A stretch of DNA of 64,000 nucleotides from Octopus vulgaris (taxonomy: Eukaryota). Position numbers and translations under genes: made by a program. Position 1 is the stretch's first letter. Each line of letters begins with the position of its first letter. Below the pieces are notes generated by a model. It searched no databases. It was not told the DNA's origin and was given only the letters and a program-made list of their open reading frames with translations. The stretch spans positions 14,136,001-14,200,000 of the forward strand of contig OX597819.1 of NCBI GenBank assembly GCA_951406725.2, read 5' to 3'. Below, piece by piece: positions 44,408 through 57,939 of the stretch.

Positions 44408-44890
44408 ATATTTCTTTATTGCTCACAAAGAGCTAAACATAGAGGGGACAAACAAGGACAGACAAAGGGATTAAGTCGATTACATCGACCCCAGTGCGTA
44501 ACTGGTACTTAATTTATTGACCCCGAAAGGACGAAAGGCAAAGTCGACCTCGGCGGAATTTGAACTCAGAACGTAACGGCAGACAAAATACCACTAAGCA
44601 TTTCGCCCGGCATGCAAACGCTTCTGCTAGCTCACCGCCTTTCTGGAGCCGAGATATATATTTCTTTATTGCCCACAAGGGGCTAAACATAGAGGGGACA
44701 AACAAGGACAGACAAAGGGATTAAGTCGTTTACATCGACCTCAGTGCGTAACTGGTACTTTATTTATCGACCCCGAAAGGATGAAAGGCAAAGTCGACCT
44801 CGGCGGAATTTGAACTCAGAACGTAACGGCAGACAAAATACCACTAGGCATTTCGCCCGGCCTGCAAACGCTTCTGCCAGCTCGCCGCCT
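44408..44890 (-). mobile_element. Two tandem full-length SINE B copies (250 bp period)
   Basis: ctggagccgagatata present three times (44393, 44643, 44893). Confidence 0.9.
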
Positions 44891-45045
44891 TTCTGGAGCC
44901 GAGATATAGTGAAAGCAGCAACCAAGATGTGGACATTGCTACGACTAATACATAATATAGAAAGCAAGAATTCGGAAGTCCTGGAATGAAACGAAGCATA
45001 TTGTGCAGGAGCTGAGATTTCAATAACTTATAACTATTCTTCATA

Positions 45046-45278
45046 AAGGCGGCGAGCTGGCAGAATCGTTAGCACGCCGGGCGAAATGCGTAGCCGTATT
45101 TCGTCTGTCTTGACGTTCTGAGTTCAAATTCCGCCGAGGTCGACTTTGCCTTTCATCCTTTCGGGGTCGATAAATTAAGTACCAGTTACGCACTGGGGTC
45201 GATGTAATCGACTTAAACCGTTTGTCTGTCCTTGTTTGTCCCCTCTATGTTTAGCCCCTTGTGGATAATAAAGAAACA
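45046..45278 (+). mobile_element. SINE family B, full-length reference copy
   Basis: 17 bp TSD tataactattcttcata (45029-45045 and 45279-45295). Confidence 0.92.
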
Positions 45279-46536
45279 TATAACTATTCTTCATAGAGAC
45301 ATTACATCTTCAAAACATTAGAACATGGTATCAGTTATCAGGAAAGACAGAAACTTATATTATCTTTCATTGTTTCATATTTGAATTACAATAAATCAAC
45401 ATCAATATTATTTGAAAAGTATCCTACCTGCCACTGTAACAGTACCACAAGATAATTATATTTCCGACAAAATGAAGGGACATATATATCTTTCAAATAC
45501 TGATGTTTCAAATACTGATGTTAATAAAATTCTTTATTTAAAACAAAAAAAGCATTTTAAAAAAGTTAGTACACGGTTTCAAATCCGATGCTAAGATAGA
45601 AACCAATTCTTTTCTGTTGTTATATCATGTTTAGAATTGTTTATACTTTTAATCTCTAATCTCTGAATGGGACAACGATTTTAAAATTTGAAATGTATCT
45701 ATATCTTATATAACTGAAAGTTCGATTAAAACAGCATAAATCTGAAATCATTACAAAATATAGCGGGTGAGCGGGGCAAAATGGGTAAGTGGGGTAAAAT
45801 GAGTAATTTCTGGGTTTTTTTTTTTTTTAATTTTCATTTTACATTTTTGAAATCATTACATCGCAACTATTGCATCACCATTTAGTGCTGTTGCATCATC
45901 TTTAGAAGTAAAAATTGGTCAACATAGTTGTTGTTGTTGTTGTAGTTGAAAGTTTGAAAAAGTCAGTGGCAGGTATTGATTTTTCAAAACCTTTTTCTTC
46001 GAATTTGACCTGATTGTAATTGAGGTTGCTAATACAATATCTGGAGAAGTTTTAGTGTTTAGCAATCAAAATTCTTTTTTTGTTGGGTTCCAAGTCAATG
46101 TTTTTCCTCACGTTAATGTCTAATTTGATCATCTTCATTAAAAAAAAAAATTGAAAAGCAATGGCGGCTAACGTGGGGCAAAACGAGTAACAACTAATTT
46201 TAATAATTTCTTCTCTTTAACTGTATGGTGCTTAAATATATCGGGAAGCGAGTCACTCCAGCAGATTGTGAAGAAGCTATAGAGAATACTTTAGGTTTTA
46301 CTTTTAGATTTAATCGAATTTCGTTAATTTCATATCATGTACCATTTTGCCACGATCCTCTTTCATGTAACTTCGATATCAAAAAATGTTGTTGCATTTC
46401 TGTCTTTCTGATGCCTAAGGATGGATATCGATGTGTATAACTCTTTTTTCAAATGTACCGTATTTTAACGTGTATAAGGAAACCCCTAATTTTGGGGGCT
46501 TAAAATTTGGAAAGCAATGTTTTGTAAGGGATTATA

Positions 46537-46786
46537 TTGGATTGGTACATAATTATTGCGGCTTTTTTCAACAAAATTTATTCAACAAAAACAATAACAA
46601 CATGTAACAAAAACATCTTTAAATAATTATTCTGGAGCATATTCACGATCTACTTCAATTACTGCTTCCCATTTGCTTGGCAGGCGGTCAGACCGTCATT
46701 TAAAGATATTTTTCTTAAATATTGTTATTGTTTTTGTTGAATAAAATTTATTGAAAAAAAGCCGCAATAATTATGCACCAACCCAA
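46537..46786. mobile_element. Mariner-derived MITE
   Basis: TA TSD; long inverted arms ttgg(a/g)ttggt(a/g)cataattattgcggc; inner minus-strand remnant LPSKWEAVIEVDREY. Confidence 0.85.
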
Positions 46787-46799
46787 TAATACTATCGTT

Positions 46800-46995
46800 G
46801 AAATTTACAGGAAAGCAAAAGACGAAGACAGGTGTATAAACGACAAATAAGAGCATTAGTTTAACGCTCGGGAAGGTGAGAAACACTTTTACGTTTCGAG
46901 CCTACGCTCTTCAGCAGACAGAAACATAGAAAAAGGAAAGACCCAAGGAAGGGAAAACGGAGAAAGAAAATCGCCAACGATACACACGCGGTCAC
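46800..46995 (-). mobile_element. Hammerhead-like mini-element
   Basis: Minus: CTGCTGA-A-GAGC gtag GCTC-GAAACGT...GAGCGTT. Confidence 0.6.
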
Positions 46996-47002
46996 ATATT
47001 GA

Positions 47003-47166
47003 CGACGGGTTTGTTCCAGTTTCTGCCTACCAAATCCATTCACACGGCTTTGGTCGGCCCGAGGCTATAGTAGAAGACACTTGTCCAAGGTACCACGCAG
47101 TGGGACCGAACCCGGAACCATGTGGTTGGGAAGCAAGCTTCTTACCACACAGCAACTCCTGTGCCT
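47003..47166 (-). mobile_element. SINE family A head
   Basis: Matches the 5' half of family A. Confidence 0.8.
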
Positions 47167-47536
47167 ATGGTAGTGGACATTTAAACAAACAAAAACAAAA
47201 CGTATTTTTTCTCAAAGTCAAAAATGCAGTAAATTTTCTTTATTGTGTCGCCCTCCACCGAAAAACAGTCTTAAATGGGAAACAACGATGAGATGAACTA
47301 TTGTCGGCCTTCCGTGACATTTGAAACTCTGAACTCACGTTTCAAAGATTTGATTTTTCAAATGTGAAATTTTAACAACAGCTCTCCGAAAATACACGGA
47401 CACGCATACATACAAATTCATAGATATGAACGATGGCGAAAAAAGTGTGTGATTCCAGTGAACGAGTGAAAGAAATAGAATTTAATGAGACTGAAGGAAA
47501 AAGAAAGATGTTTTGATTTTCAATTTCTTTTCCTCA

Positions 47537-47590
<54 letters not shown>

Positions 47591-47599
47591 CACCAGCAG

Positions 47600-47651
<52 letters not shown>

Positions 47652-47667
47652 GCTGCTGCTGCAGCTG

Positions 47668-47706
<39 letters not shown>

Positions 47707-47916
47707 GCTATTACGCCTAAAGAACCATCAACGCGAAATTTCTTTTCCCATTTTGTTCCTGCATTGTTGAGGGCTGCCTCTGGATCTTCCTGAGAATTTG
47801 GTCAAAATATCGACACACATACACACACGTGTGTGTGTGTGTGTGTGGATATCTTTGAAAAGTGAGTGTGCGCGTATGTGGGTGTGAGGCTGAGAGGAAA
47901 TTTCGTCCAACAGTGG

Positions 47917-48461
47917 AAGAAGAAGAAGAAGAAGAGGAAGAGGAAGAAGAAGAAAAAGAAGAAGAAGAAGAAGAAGAAGAAGAAGAAGAAGAAGAAGAAG
48001 AAGAAGAAGAAGAAGAAGAAGAAGAAGAAGAAGAAGAAGAAGAAGAAGAAGAAGAAGAAGAAGAAGAAGAAAAGAAGAAGAAGAAGAAGAAGAAGAAAAA
48101 AGAAGAAGAAAAATAAGAAGAAGAAGAAGAAGAAAAAAGAAAAGAAGAAGAAGAAGAAGAAGAAGAAGAAGAAGAAGAAGAAGAAGAAGAAGAAGAAGAA
48201 GAAGAAGAAGAAGAAGAAGAAGAAGAAGAAGAAAAAGAAGAAGAAGAAGAAGAAAAAGAAGAAGAAGAAAAAGAAGAAGAAGAAGAAGAAGAAGAAGAAG
48301 AAGAAGAAGAAGAAGAAGAAGAAAAGAAGAAGAAGAAGAAGAAGAAGAAGAAGAAGAAGAAGAAGAAGAAGAAGAAGAAGAAGAAGAAGAAGAAGAAGAA
48401 GAAGAAGAAGAAGAAGAAGAAGAAGAAGAAGAAGAAGAAGAAGAAGAAGAAGAAGAAGAAG
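47917..48461. repeat. (GAA)n polypurine array, ~545 bp
   Basis: Seen directly. Confidence 0.95.
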
Positions 48462-48872
48462 GAATGAGGGTTAGCTGGTGTATTCAGGCTGATGGGTGCC
48501 CTGCCTCTGCCCAGATAACTGGTCCAGCTGTCGGCGGCCGCACTCAGACTCAAAAAACAACAAAAAAAGAGATAGTACCATCCCCGCCACCCTCACAAAC
48601 AAAAAAAACCACTCGACAACTCGTTTATCGACAGAGGAGGAGGAGGGGAGAGATTATTTAAGAAGAAGAGGAAGAAGAAAAAAAGGGTAACAGATGTGAG
48701 AATTTCACTTCGAAATAAGTCAAGGGTACCAGCTGGTCCACAACAACAACAACAACAACAACAACAGCAGCAGAGACAGCTTAGTATGCGTGTGTGTATG
48801 TGTGTGTGTATGTATGTGTGTGTGTGTGTGTATGTGAGAGCGTATGTTTGTGGTGTGTGTATGTACTTATAT

Positions 48873-49038
<166 letters not shown>

Positions 49039-49069
49039 CATATATATGTATATATATATATGCATATAT

Positions 49070-49147
<78 letters not shown>

Positions 49148-49159
49148 GTATATATATAT

Positions 49160-50001
49160 ATATTATATGTAGAAAAATACAAACTGGGACAAGAACGTAA
49201 AACATTTGGAAGACACTACAAAAAACACGGACGGGACATTCGAAGTCTTCAATCTTCAGTCAAGAACCGGATCATCCACGTAATTTCGGCTGATTAATCT
49301 TGAGATCGCTCCGAGCCGGCCAGCCCCAAGGAAAAACTAAGCTACGAGCATTAGATTTCTTGGGAAAAGGATCGAATGTATACGAAACAAGGACAGAAAA
49401 ACGGACGATGCCACACGAATATAAATACAAAAATCAATAATAGTAATAACAGGACAAAAACAGCGGGTGTCTTACGACTAATATATTTCTTTACTACCCA
49501 CAAGGGGCTAAACATAGAGGGGGACAAACAAAGACAGACAAAGGGATTAAGTCGATTACATCGACCCCAGTGCGAAACTGGTACTTAATTTATCGACCCC
49601 GAAAGGATGAAAGGCAAAGTCGACCTCAGACAGTACAACTTAGTTTAGCTGGCGTATTTGGAAAAAAAATGCCTTTATCGGCAGACGAAGACAACGATGT
49701 TCTCATGGCGCTGGTTAGAAGCCGAAAGGCTGGTTGACCAGCGGTCACATGAGAGGAGAAGAGAGAGAAAAACAAGGGGGCAAAGGAATCAAAGAGAGAA
49801 GAAAAAGAGGGACGGAGGCACTAAAGGGTGGAGAAGAGAGAGAAAGAAGGAATTAAAGAGGGGAGAAGAAAGAGAATGTGCCAAGGATTGGCTGGCGACA
49901 GAATCAGTGAGGTGCAAAGTGAGAAAGACTGAGAAATGTGAGAGAGTGGGGGAAGAGTAGACCAAAGAATCAGAGGCAAGAAAAGAGAAATGGAGGAGGA
50001 G

Positions 50002-50046
<45 letters not shown>

Positions 50047-50281
50047 CAGATCAAAGTAGAGTGCACAGTGTGAAAGGCAGAGAAATGTAGGAGAGAGAGA
50101 CAGTGTTATAGAGTCGTACCAAATTTAAAGGAATATGTACTTACATAAGGCCAAAGAGGGTACGGACGCCGCTATATATATTATATGTAGAAAAATACAA
50201 ACTGGGACAAGAACGTAAAACATTTAGAAGACACTACAATAAACACGGACGGGACATTCGAAGCCTTCAATCTTCAGTCAA
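49160..50281 (-). mobile_element. Candidate non-autonomous Penelope-like element with ~105 bp direct repeats
   Basis: 49160-49263 is nearly identical to 50178-50281; SINE B fragment nested at 49483-49627. Confidence 0.5.
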
Positions 50282-50422
50282 TATATGTGTGTATGTGTGT
50301 ATGTATGTATTCGTGTGTATATTAACGTACGCATATCTATAAATGAGCATACATACACATATGCATGGACAAAGACATACATGGTGCATGTCCCTACATA
50401 TTGATATATAACCATATGTAAT

Positions 50423-50466
<44 letters not shown>

Positions 50467-50837
50467 GAATGCCTGCAATACGCATGCGTTTATTGTTTTC
50501 CAATGTATATAAGTAAAAATATTGCGACGCTACTGCTTCTTTCAATAAAACAGACCAGATCAACATACCTGAACACAGGTGAGAATAGGTGTTCTACTAT
50601 CTTCTAAACACACATGTGCATGCTTACATTCTGACCTAGTTTGGGTCGATCGAGTCATCTGGCACTATATTCGTTTTCTTGAGAAGTTCTAATTGTTCAT
50701 TGTTACCAGTATTCAGCTGATGAAAGCCTTTTTTTTTGCATGATGTAACATTTCTGCTCATCAAAAAACAAAAAAACACGTCCGAAACAGCCGTTGTGAA
50801 CACATTTTATTTGATATATATGTATATATATATATAT

Positions 50838-50885
<48 letters not shown>

Positions 50886-50952
50886 ATAAAACGGTAAGAT
50901 AACAAAAGAAAGAAAGAGACCTCAATATTATGTAAATAGAGGAAATTTATCA

Positions 50953-51518
50953 ATACAATATGTTACATTACTCGGTAGTCAAGATAAAACTCTGAGTTTC
51001 AGATGCCGAAGTGGAAATCCACAACACCATCTCTTCGGTTATCTGGCTATTTGAAAACGTTATGAAAAAATACCGTTAAATAAAGGGAAATTACTCTGTT
51101 ATAACTCTGCTTGCCTGCGTACTTATACATCGCTCGCATTTTTCGTCATAAAAATTATATAAAAATTTATAAAAAATATATAAAAAATATATAAAAATAC
51201 ATAAATTCTTCTTGGGACATAACATAGAAAGCATGTTCTATCTGTTTTCTTTAGGGGACCAAAAACGTAACAGAAATTTAGTCACATGTGGGCATGATCC
51301 GAAAAGCTCTGTCCTTGTATTTAGACATGTAGTAGGGTCTAAGCTGCTTTTCCAGATAAGCCATCTCTCCATGTCGCATAGACCGCACCTTCCGCTGCCG
51401 TTAGTATAGGGCCAGATGTAAGCCCTATACTAACGGCAGCGGAAGAGATGGTGTTGTGGATTTCCTCTTCGGCATCTGAAACTCAGAGTTTTATCTTGAC
51501 TACCGAGTAATGTAACAT

Positions 51519-51525
<7 letters not shown>
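50953..51525. mobile_element. (TA)n-embedded element with ~85 bp inverted ends and an internal 24 bp hairpin
   Basis: 50953-51036 is inverted at 51442-51525; hairpin at 51390-51446. Confidence 0.8.
50983..51043 (-). ncRNA. Type I hammerhead ribozyme motif
   Basis: Minus: GATAA-CCGAAGA-GATG(...)CATC-T-GAA-ACTCAGAGT-T-TTATC; stems I and II pair, short stem III, GUU triplet. Confidence 0.68.
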
Positions 51526-51557
<32 letters not shown>

Positions 51558-51599
51558 CAATAATAATTCTCTAAAAGGGATATAGACAGTAACTGCTCG

Positions 51600-51826
51600 A
51601 TAACATAAGGGACTAAAGCCATCTGAATATGGCTAGGGACAGGGCAGGGTGGTGGGGGTGTTACTGTTGCATTTAGCCCCAGGCGAACATCGACGTCACC
51701 AGAAAGGCTCGACACCGTCGAGCCTTTCTGGTGACGTCGATGTTCGCCTGGGGCTAAATGCAACAGTAACACCCCCACCACCCTGCCCTGTCCCTAGCCA
51801 TATTCAGATGGCTTTAGTCCCTTATG

Positions 51827-51830
<4 letters not shown>
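51600..51830. repeat. Perfect palindrome, 114 bp arms, 3 nt loop
   Basis: Centre ctcgac-acc-gtcgag at 51715; it produces the mirror-image ORFs in the track. Confidence 0.95.
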
Positions 51831-51855
<25 letters not shown>

Positions 51856-51858
<3 letters not shown>

Positions 51859-52203
51859 TGGTGGTGACCCCCTTCGGTCAGACACTGACCATGAGTTTGC
51901 ACCTAGAGATTTACCCTCTGAGGCACAAGTCTGGGCAAGGTTGTTTTTTTTTTTATGGAAGACCAGCAGTCGCCCATGCATACCGGCCTCCTCTCTCCAC
52001 GTCACCGATGTTGTCGAAGGGAAAGACAAGGGCCGATACAGCTTGGCACCTGTGACGTCGCAACTCATTTCTACAGCTGAGTGAACTGGAGCAACGAGAA
52101 ATAAAGTGTCTTGCTCAAGAACACAACACGCAGCCCGGTCCGGGATTCGAGCTCACAACCTCACGATCGTAAGCTCGACGCTCTAACCACTGAGCCACGC
52201 GCC
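51856..52203 (-). mobile_element. SINE family D, full length
   Basis: Minus head ggcgcgtggctcagtggttagagcg...ctcgaatccc; homologous to 36496-36665. Confidence 0.8.
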
Positions 52204-52257
<54 letters not shown>

Positions 52258-52264
52258 TATATAT

Positions 52265-52320
<56 letters not shown>

Positions 52321-52710
52321 ATAGATATATAAATGATATATATGCATGTGTGCGTGTGTGTATGTGTTGCTGTGTGTAAATGTGGGTCTAGGAAGTGGTC
52401 AGTGCTGATGTGTGCGTGGTGGTGTTTTCTGATGTGATGTGTTGTGTGGTATGGAGGTGTGTGATGTGATGTGATGGTGTTGAGAAGTGCATCCTCGTTA
52501 CACGAGAAAAACCATTGCCAAGAGGACTTACTGAAATGATTCATGATTGTTGCCATGTGATAACCTTATATGACTTTTAAGCCCGGCCAAGGTTTCAAAC
52601 ATCTTATTACATACTAGACAACATACATACATAAAGATAAACTTACTTGGAAATGGATGCGTGGCATTCAATCAAATATATATATATATATGCATATATG
52701 TGTGGGGTGT

Positions 52711-52795
<85 letters not shown>

Positions 52796-53537
52796 CATGC
52801 ATGTATGGGTATAAGATGTTGACAAACAGTAAACAACATGAAATACGAAATCAAATGAGTTCAATACGCAAACAACGAGAGAAACAAATGGAAAACAGGA
52901 CAAGTAACACAAAGGACGACCCTTCATCAGTTGTCAGTTGCCTATCTACTCCCCATTTCGAGCATTGAACGACAATATGAGTCTTCGAAGACAGTTGCTC
53001 CCATAAGTACCAAAATAAAATTTGGGGTTTATGGAGGGTCAAAGTTGGGAACAAAAACAGGACGGTGGAGACATACAAGGAAACCAAACAACAAGCATGG
53101 AGGATCGTTAGACCAGAACGAGGATCCAAATTGAGGGAGTGAAGCAGGTGAAATCCAAGTGGCCCTAGCTTAAGAATCACAAAGACCCTTACTCCATCTA
53201 CACTAAATCCCCCTTCCCTCTCCCTCTTTAATCTTAACAACTTTAGACAATTCTTCACTCTCAATATTTGATCTCTTCACTTTTCTTACTTACTGACCAT
53301 TTCATTTCTTCTAACATTTGTTTTTTTTTTATCTAGTTTTACTTTTTAGGATTTTTTTTTTTTTTTGAAATGAGGACTCATTTCAAATTATATATTCGGT
53401 GAGTTAACGTCGATATGGGAAAAGCCCAGAACCTTCGACGCCAATAAATCATTATTTTTCTGGAACATTGTTTTTTTAATATCTACCACGGACTGAAGCT
53501 TGAAAATATCCGAGGCTTAGATCCTTGTCTAATATAA

Positions 53538-53573
<36 letters not shown>

Positions 53574-53850
53574 CATCGAAGGATCGAGGTGTAGGAAAAA
53601 AGTTAGCTTCAAGCAATCCGTAGTAAATATTAAAAAAACAATTTTTTAGGACAATAATGGTTTACTGAAGCGGAAGGTTGTGGATTTTTTCGTATCGAAG
53701 TACGATATGCTGACGAAATTTGTTTTAGTATATCATGTTCGGTGACCAGGGTTGCCAGATATACGAATAAGAATACAAGAGTTAATGAACGGAGTAGATA
53801 ATATCCGGACTACATATGCTTCATAAAGAGCGGAACCTTTTTATTCCTAA

Positions 53851-54251
53851 CTAGCAGTATCGCCCGGCGTTGCTCGGGTTTGTAAGGGAAATAACTATTA
53901 TATATAAGCATTTGTAGAGAGTTATAGCCAAAAAATAGCAAAAAAATGCATTAAAAATGGAAAAATATGATGGTAATTTTTTTTTAAATCGTTGACTCAT
54001 CGTAGACATTTTTAGAGAGTTACTTCCCTTATATAATAGCGAAAAAAATGCATTAAAATGGAAAAAAATGATGGTAATTTTTTTTTAAATCGTAGACTCA
54101 TCGTAGACGCGCGCTAATACCCAGAAGGGCTCGATATGAATCACGACTATAAGATACCCGGTTTTGGTTAAACTGCACCGCAAAATGTGGGAGTAGTTAG
54201 GAATCTAAATCGTAGGAGACAGACACACAACTTCACTTTTATATATAAAGA
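53851..54251 (-). mobile_element. Non-autonomous Helitron
   Basis: Minus: A|TCTTTATATATAAAA ... hairpin CCCGAGCAACGCCGGG ... CTAG|T; no TSD; internal ~95 bp tandem duplication. Confidence 0.85.
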
Positions 54252-54501
54252 TTTCTTTCTACAATTATATTCTCCACGCCTACAGAGCTCTCTACTTGTC
54301 CTGATTGAATCTTGCACGTCCTAACATGTTTCTCCTTGCGACAATGTAAACTTTCATTTAATCAATATATCCTTCTCCTGACGAGTAGCCTGCAGTATAC
54401 ACCACTTCACGTGAATATTCACCACTTCTGAGGTCCCGCTCGCTATGTAGCTCGGGTCTTATCAACTCCATTCCTTAAATCTTGTTATATATATATATCT
54501 G

Positions 54502-54572
<71 letters not shown>

Positions 54573-54573
54573 G

Positions 54574-54607
<34 letters not shown>

Positions 54608-54653
54608 TGTATGTATGTATGTATGTATGTATGTATGTATGTGTGTATGTATG

Positions 54654-54696
<43 letters not shown>

Positions 54697-54700
<4 letters not shown>

Positions 54701-54900
54701 ATCAAAACATGAAAACACAAAGAGAAAACACAACGCGAGGACGTAGAACAAGTATAGTATTATTGGACGCTCAGGAAAGAAGGAAAGAAGGAGGGTTTAA
54801 CGTTTCGAGCGGAGCTCTTCACCAGAAACATAGGAAAAGGGAAGATCCAAAGGAGGGAAGACGGAGGGAAAAAATCGCCAACGGTACACACGCGGTCAGA
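54697..54900 (-). mobile_element. Hammerhead-like mini-element, homolog of 14908-15073
   Basis: Minus: CTGGTGA-A-GAGC tcc GCTC-GAAACGTT...AGCGTC. Confidence 0.65.
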
Positions 54901-55358
54901 TTTTCAATGTGTGTATATATACACACACACACGTATCCATGTAACATGCACACACACACACATATATATGTCTGAATATATGTGTATGCGTGTTGTGCTT
55001 ATATTTCCCACCTAACGACGGTAGCCAGTCGGTATAATTGATGCCTTTGATGATGGATTATTTCACTATCTGTTGTGTTTTATTCTAGGCCAATTGGTGG
55101 CGTCTTACATTTTGATGTGCATCGATTGTCGATGAATCTTTCAAAATAAAAGATGTGTATGTATGTATATACAGGTGTGGGTGTGTAATAAGAAGTTTGT
55201 TTCCCAACCGCATGGTTCCGGGATCCAGTCTTTGATTTGGATGACTATGAGGGTCCACCGGAATGAAACAGGAATCAAAAGAGTGCACAGAAGAGGAAAA
55301 GATGGTTGAAAGCCACTGAGGTGGATGGAAGAGGGAAAGAAATGAGAGAGGAAAGAAC

Positions 55359-55405
<47 letters not shown>

Positions 55406-55551
55406 TGAGGAGAGAAAGGATGTCCTTGTGCCGGGGGAGTGATATAGAAATATAAAAGAAATTAGAGAGAGGGAGGGATGGAGGAAGAGAAAGGCAGATT
55501 GTGCATGTGTGGTGTGACAGTGTGTGTGTGTGTGTGCATATGTGTGTGTGC

Positions 55552-55596
<45 letters not shown>

Positions 55597-56142
55597 TGTG
55601 TGTGTGTTTTGCGTTAAGAGTAAAATTAAGGATAATAGAGAAGGGGACGGAGCAGGTACTTTTAACAGAAACGTTAGGAAATTGGTAAGTCAAGTATATT
55701 GTGTGTGTGTGTGTGTGAGAGAGAGTGTGTTGGGTATTTGACAATAGTTACTTTGAGGAGAGGATGGGGGTGTAGTGAGGGTGGTGATGGGGGTGGCAAT
55801 ATGAGTCTGGAGGGGAGGAGTAGAGAGAGAGAGAGAGAAGGAGGTTTGTGAGCGTGAGATAATATGTATGCCTCTGTGTGTGCGTCTGTGTGTGTGTGTG
55901 TGAGGGATAAAAGATTGGAGAAGGTGGGGAGGTTTAAGTATAAAAAATGGGGAGGGGGTATATTTGCGGCGTTCAGATGAAGATGGAGAGCATGTAGAGG
56001 AGGGAGGGAGAGTGTGTGGGGTGGGGGTGGAGGTGGGTAGTAAGATACTAAATATTGCAATAAAGAGGTAAAGGAGTACATTTGGATGAAACCAGGGAAT
56101 AATGGAATAAAGACAGAATAAAAGAACGGAATAATAGATTTA

Positions 56143-56860
56143 AAGGCGTCGAGCTGGCAGAAACGTTAGCACGCCGGGCGAAATACTTAGCGGTATTTCG
56201 TCTGCTGTTACGTTCTGAGTTCAAATTCCGCCGAGGTCGGCTTTGCCTTTCATCATTTCAAGGTCGATAAATTAAGTACCAGTTACGCACTGGGGTCGAT
56301 GTAATCGACTTAATACCTATGTCTGTCCTTGTTTGTCCGCTCTGTGTTTAGCCCCTTGTGGGTAATAAAGAAACAGGTATTTCGTCTGCTGTTACGTTCT
56401 GAGTTCAAATTCCGCCGAGGTCGGCTTTGCCTTTCATCCATTCGGGATCCCGTGTGGAGGGCATATCTACTGTCTTATAATCAGGTCAAAGCAGTTGCAG
56501 ATTTGAAAGCAGTTGTCTTCAGGATTCTCTTTGTCGCTGATTTTGGAAAAGAGGTTCACAATTTATCAAGGTCTTTTTAATAACCATATCAGGTCTGTTG
56601 TGTTTACACTTAGCCATATATGTCTGTAGTTTGTCTCTCTGTCAAACTGTCAATCTGTCAATCTCTCTATCCGTTGCCTCTCAATCTGTCTATTTGTCCG
56701 TTTCATCAATCTGACATTCTGTATCTATCTATCAGTCAATCTTACAATCTATCTTGTTTTGACCAGTTACGCACTGGGGTCGATATAAACGACTTAATCC
56801 ATCTGTCTGTCCTTGTTTGTCTCCTCTGTGTTTAGCCCCTTGTGGGTAGTAAAGAAATAG
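56143..56860 (+). mobile_element. SINE B dimer interrupted by a ~315 bp copied segment
   Basis: SINE stops at 56446 and resumes at 56762. Confidence 0.85.
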
Positions 56861-56903
56861 GAATAATAGATTTGGAGAATGAGACAACCGAGAACATTGA
56901 GTT

Positions 56904-56990
56904 ACAGTAACCCCTCGATTATCGCGGGTATTACGTTGCAACCCCCACGCCCGCGATGGGTGAAAATCCGCGAAGTAGAAACAGTGCTGT
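56904..56990. mobile_element. Tigger/pogo-like MITE left end
   Basis: TA|CAGTAACCCCTCG terminus. Confidence 0.65.
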
Positions 56991-57014
56991 ATTTTTTTCT
57001 TTTTTAAAGTTCTG

Positions 57015-57210
57015 TCAGTTATTTCACTGCGGCCATGCTGGAGCACCACCTTTTTCAGTCGTGCAAATCGACCCCAGGACTTATTCTTTGTAAGCCTAGT
57101 ACTCGTCCTGTCGGTGTCTTTTACCGAACCGTTAGGTTACGGGGACGTAAACACCCCAGCATCGGATGTCAAGCGATGTTGGGGGAGGGGAGCAAACACA
57201 GACATACACA

Positions 57211-57252
<42 letters not shown>

Positions 57253-57412
57253 ACACACACACACATACACATATACAACGGGTTTCTTTCAGTTTCCGTC
57301 TACCAAATCCACTCACAAGGCTTTGGTCGGCCCGAGGCTATAGTAGAAGACACTTGCCCAAGGTGCCACGCAGTGGGACTGAACCCGGAACCATGTGGTT
57401 GGTAAGCAAGCT
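57015..57412 (-). mobile_element. SINE family A
   Basis: Reverse copy. Confidence 0.85.
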
Positions 57413-57939
57413 ACGTTATTTCATAAAATTTGCCATAAGGGCAGTACAAAGATTGGGTTGCTTTGCGGGCTGGACAAACACATTATTGAATGAAAATGAA
57501 ATAAAATGAATCAATGAGAGACGAAACCCAACACCCGCCGATTGGATTTTTCTCGAAAACATATTTTCTTTTTTTAAAAATCAATATGAGGTTTCAAACC
57601 TCTTACAAGAAGGAGGCACTAAAACTTCTTACTTAACAAGTTTTTTTTACACACACAATTGAGGTTATAAACCACTACAAATAATACTGTAAGATGAGGT
57701 TTCAAACCCTCTAACGAGGCTTTTTCACCTCCTACTCATCGATATATCCATCGATATATCCATCATTATCTTCAATGCTGCTTGAGTTCCTGTATCCCGC
57801 CATTTCCCATGCCTCACTCATGTAGGACATGTAAGTCGTGTAAGGGCCACCCGGCCATATGCAATGCTCCTCCCCCAAATCCTTTAAGCCTTTCCCACAA
57901 GGGAAACCTTATGTCCTCCACAGCTATCTGCGGAAGCCT

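Noticed and set aside
45765-46530. Possible DNA-transposon ends (ggggcaaaatggg repeats; taccgtatttt)
   Set aside because: No matching opposite terminus or TSD found; cannot be delimited
47717-48553. Poly-E/K/R/S/F ORFs
   Set aside because: (GAA)n artefact
51500-51867. Nearly identical ORFs on both strands
   Set aside because: Consequence of the perfect palindrome, not a gene pair
54378-54460. CTGACGAG as another hammerhead start
   Set aside because: No downstream GAAA or pairing stems found
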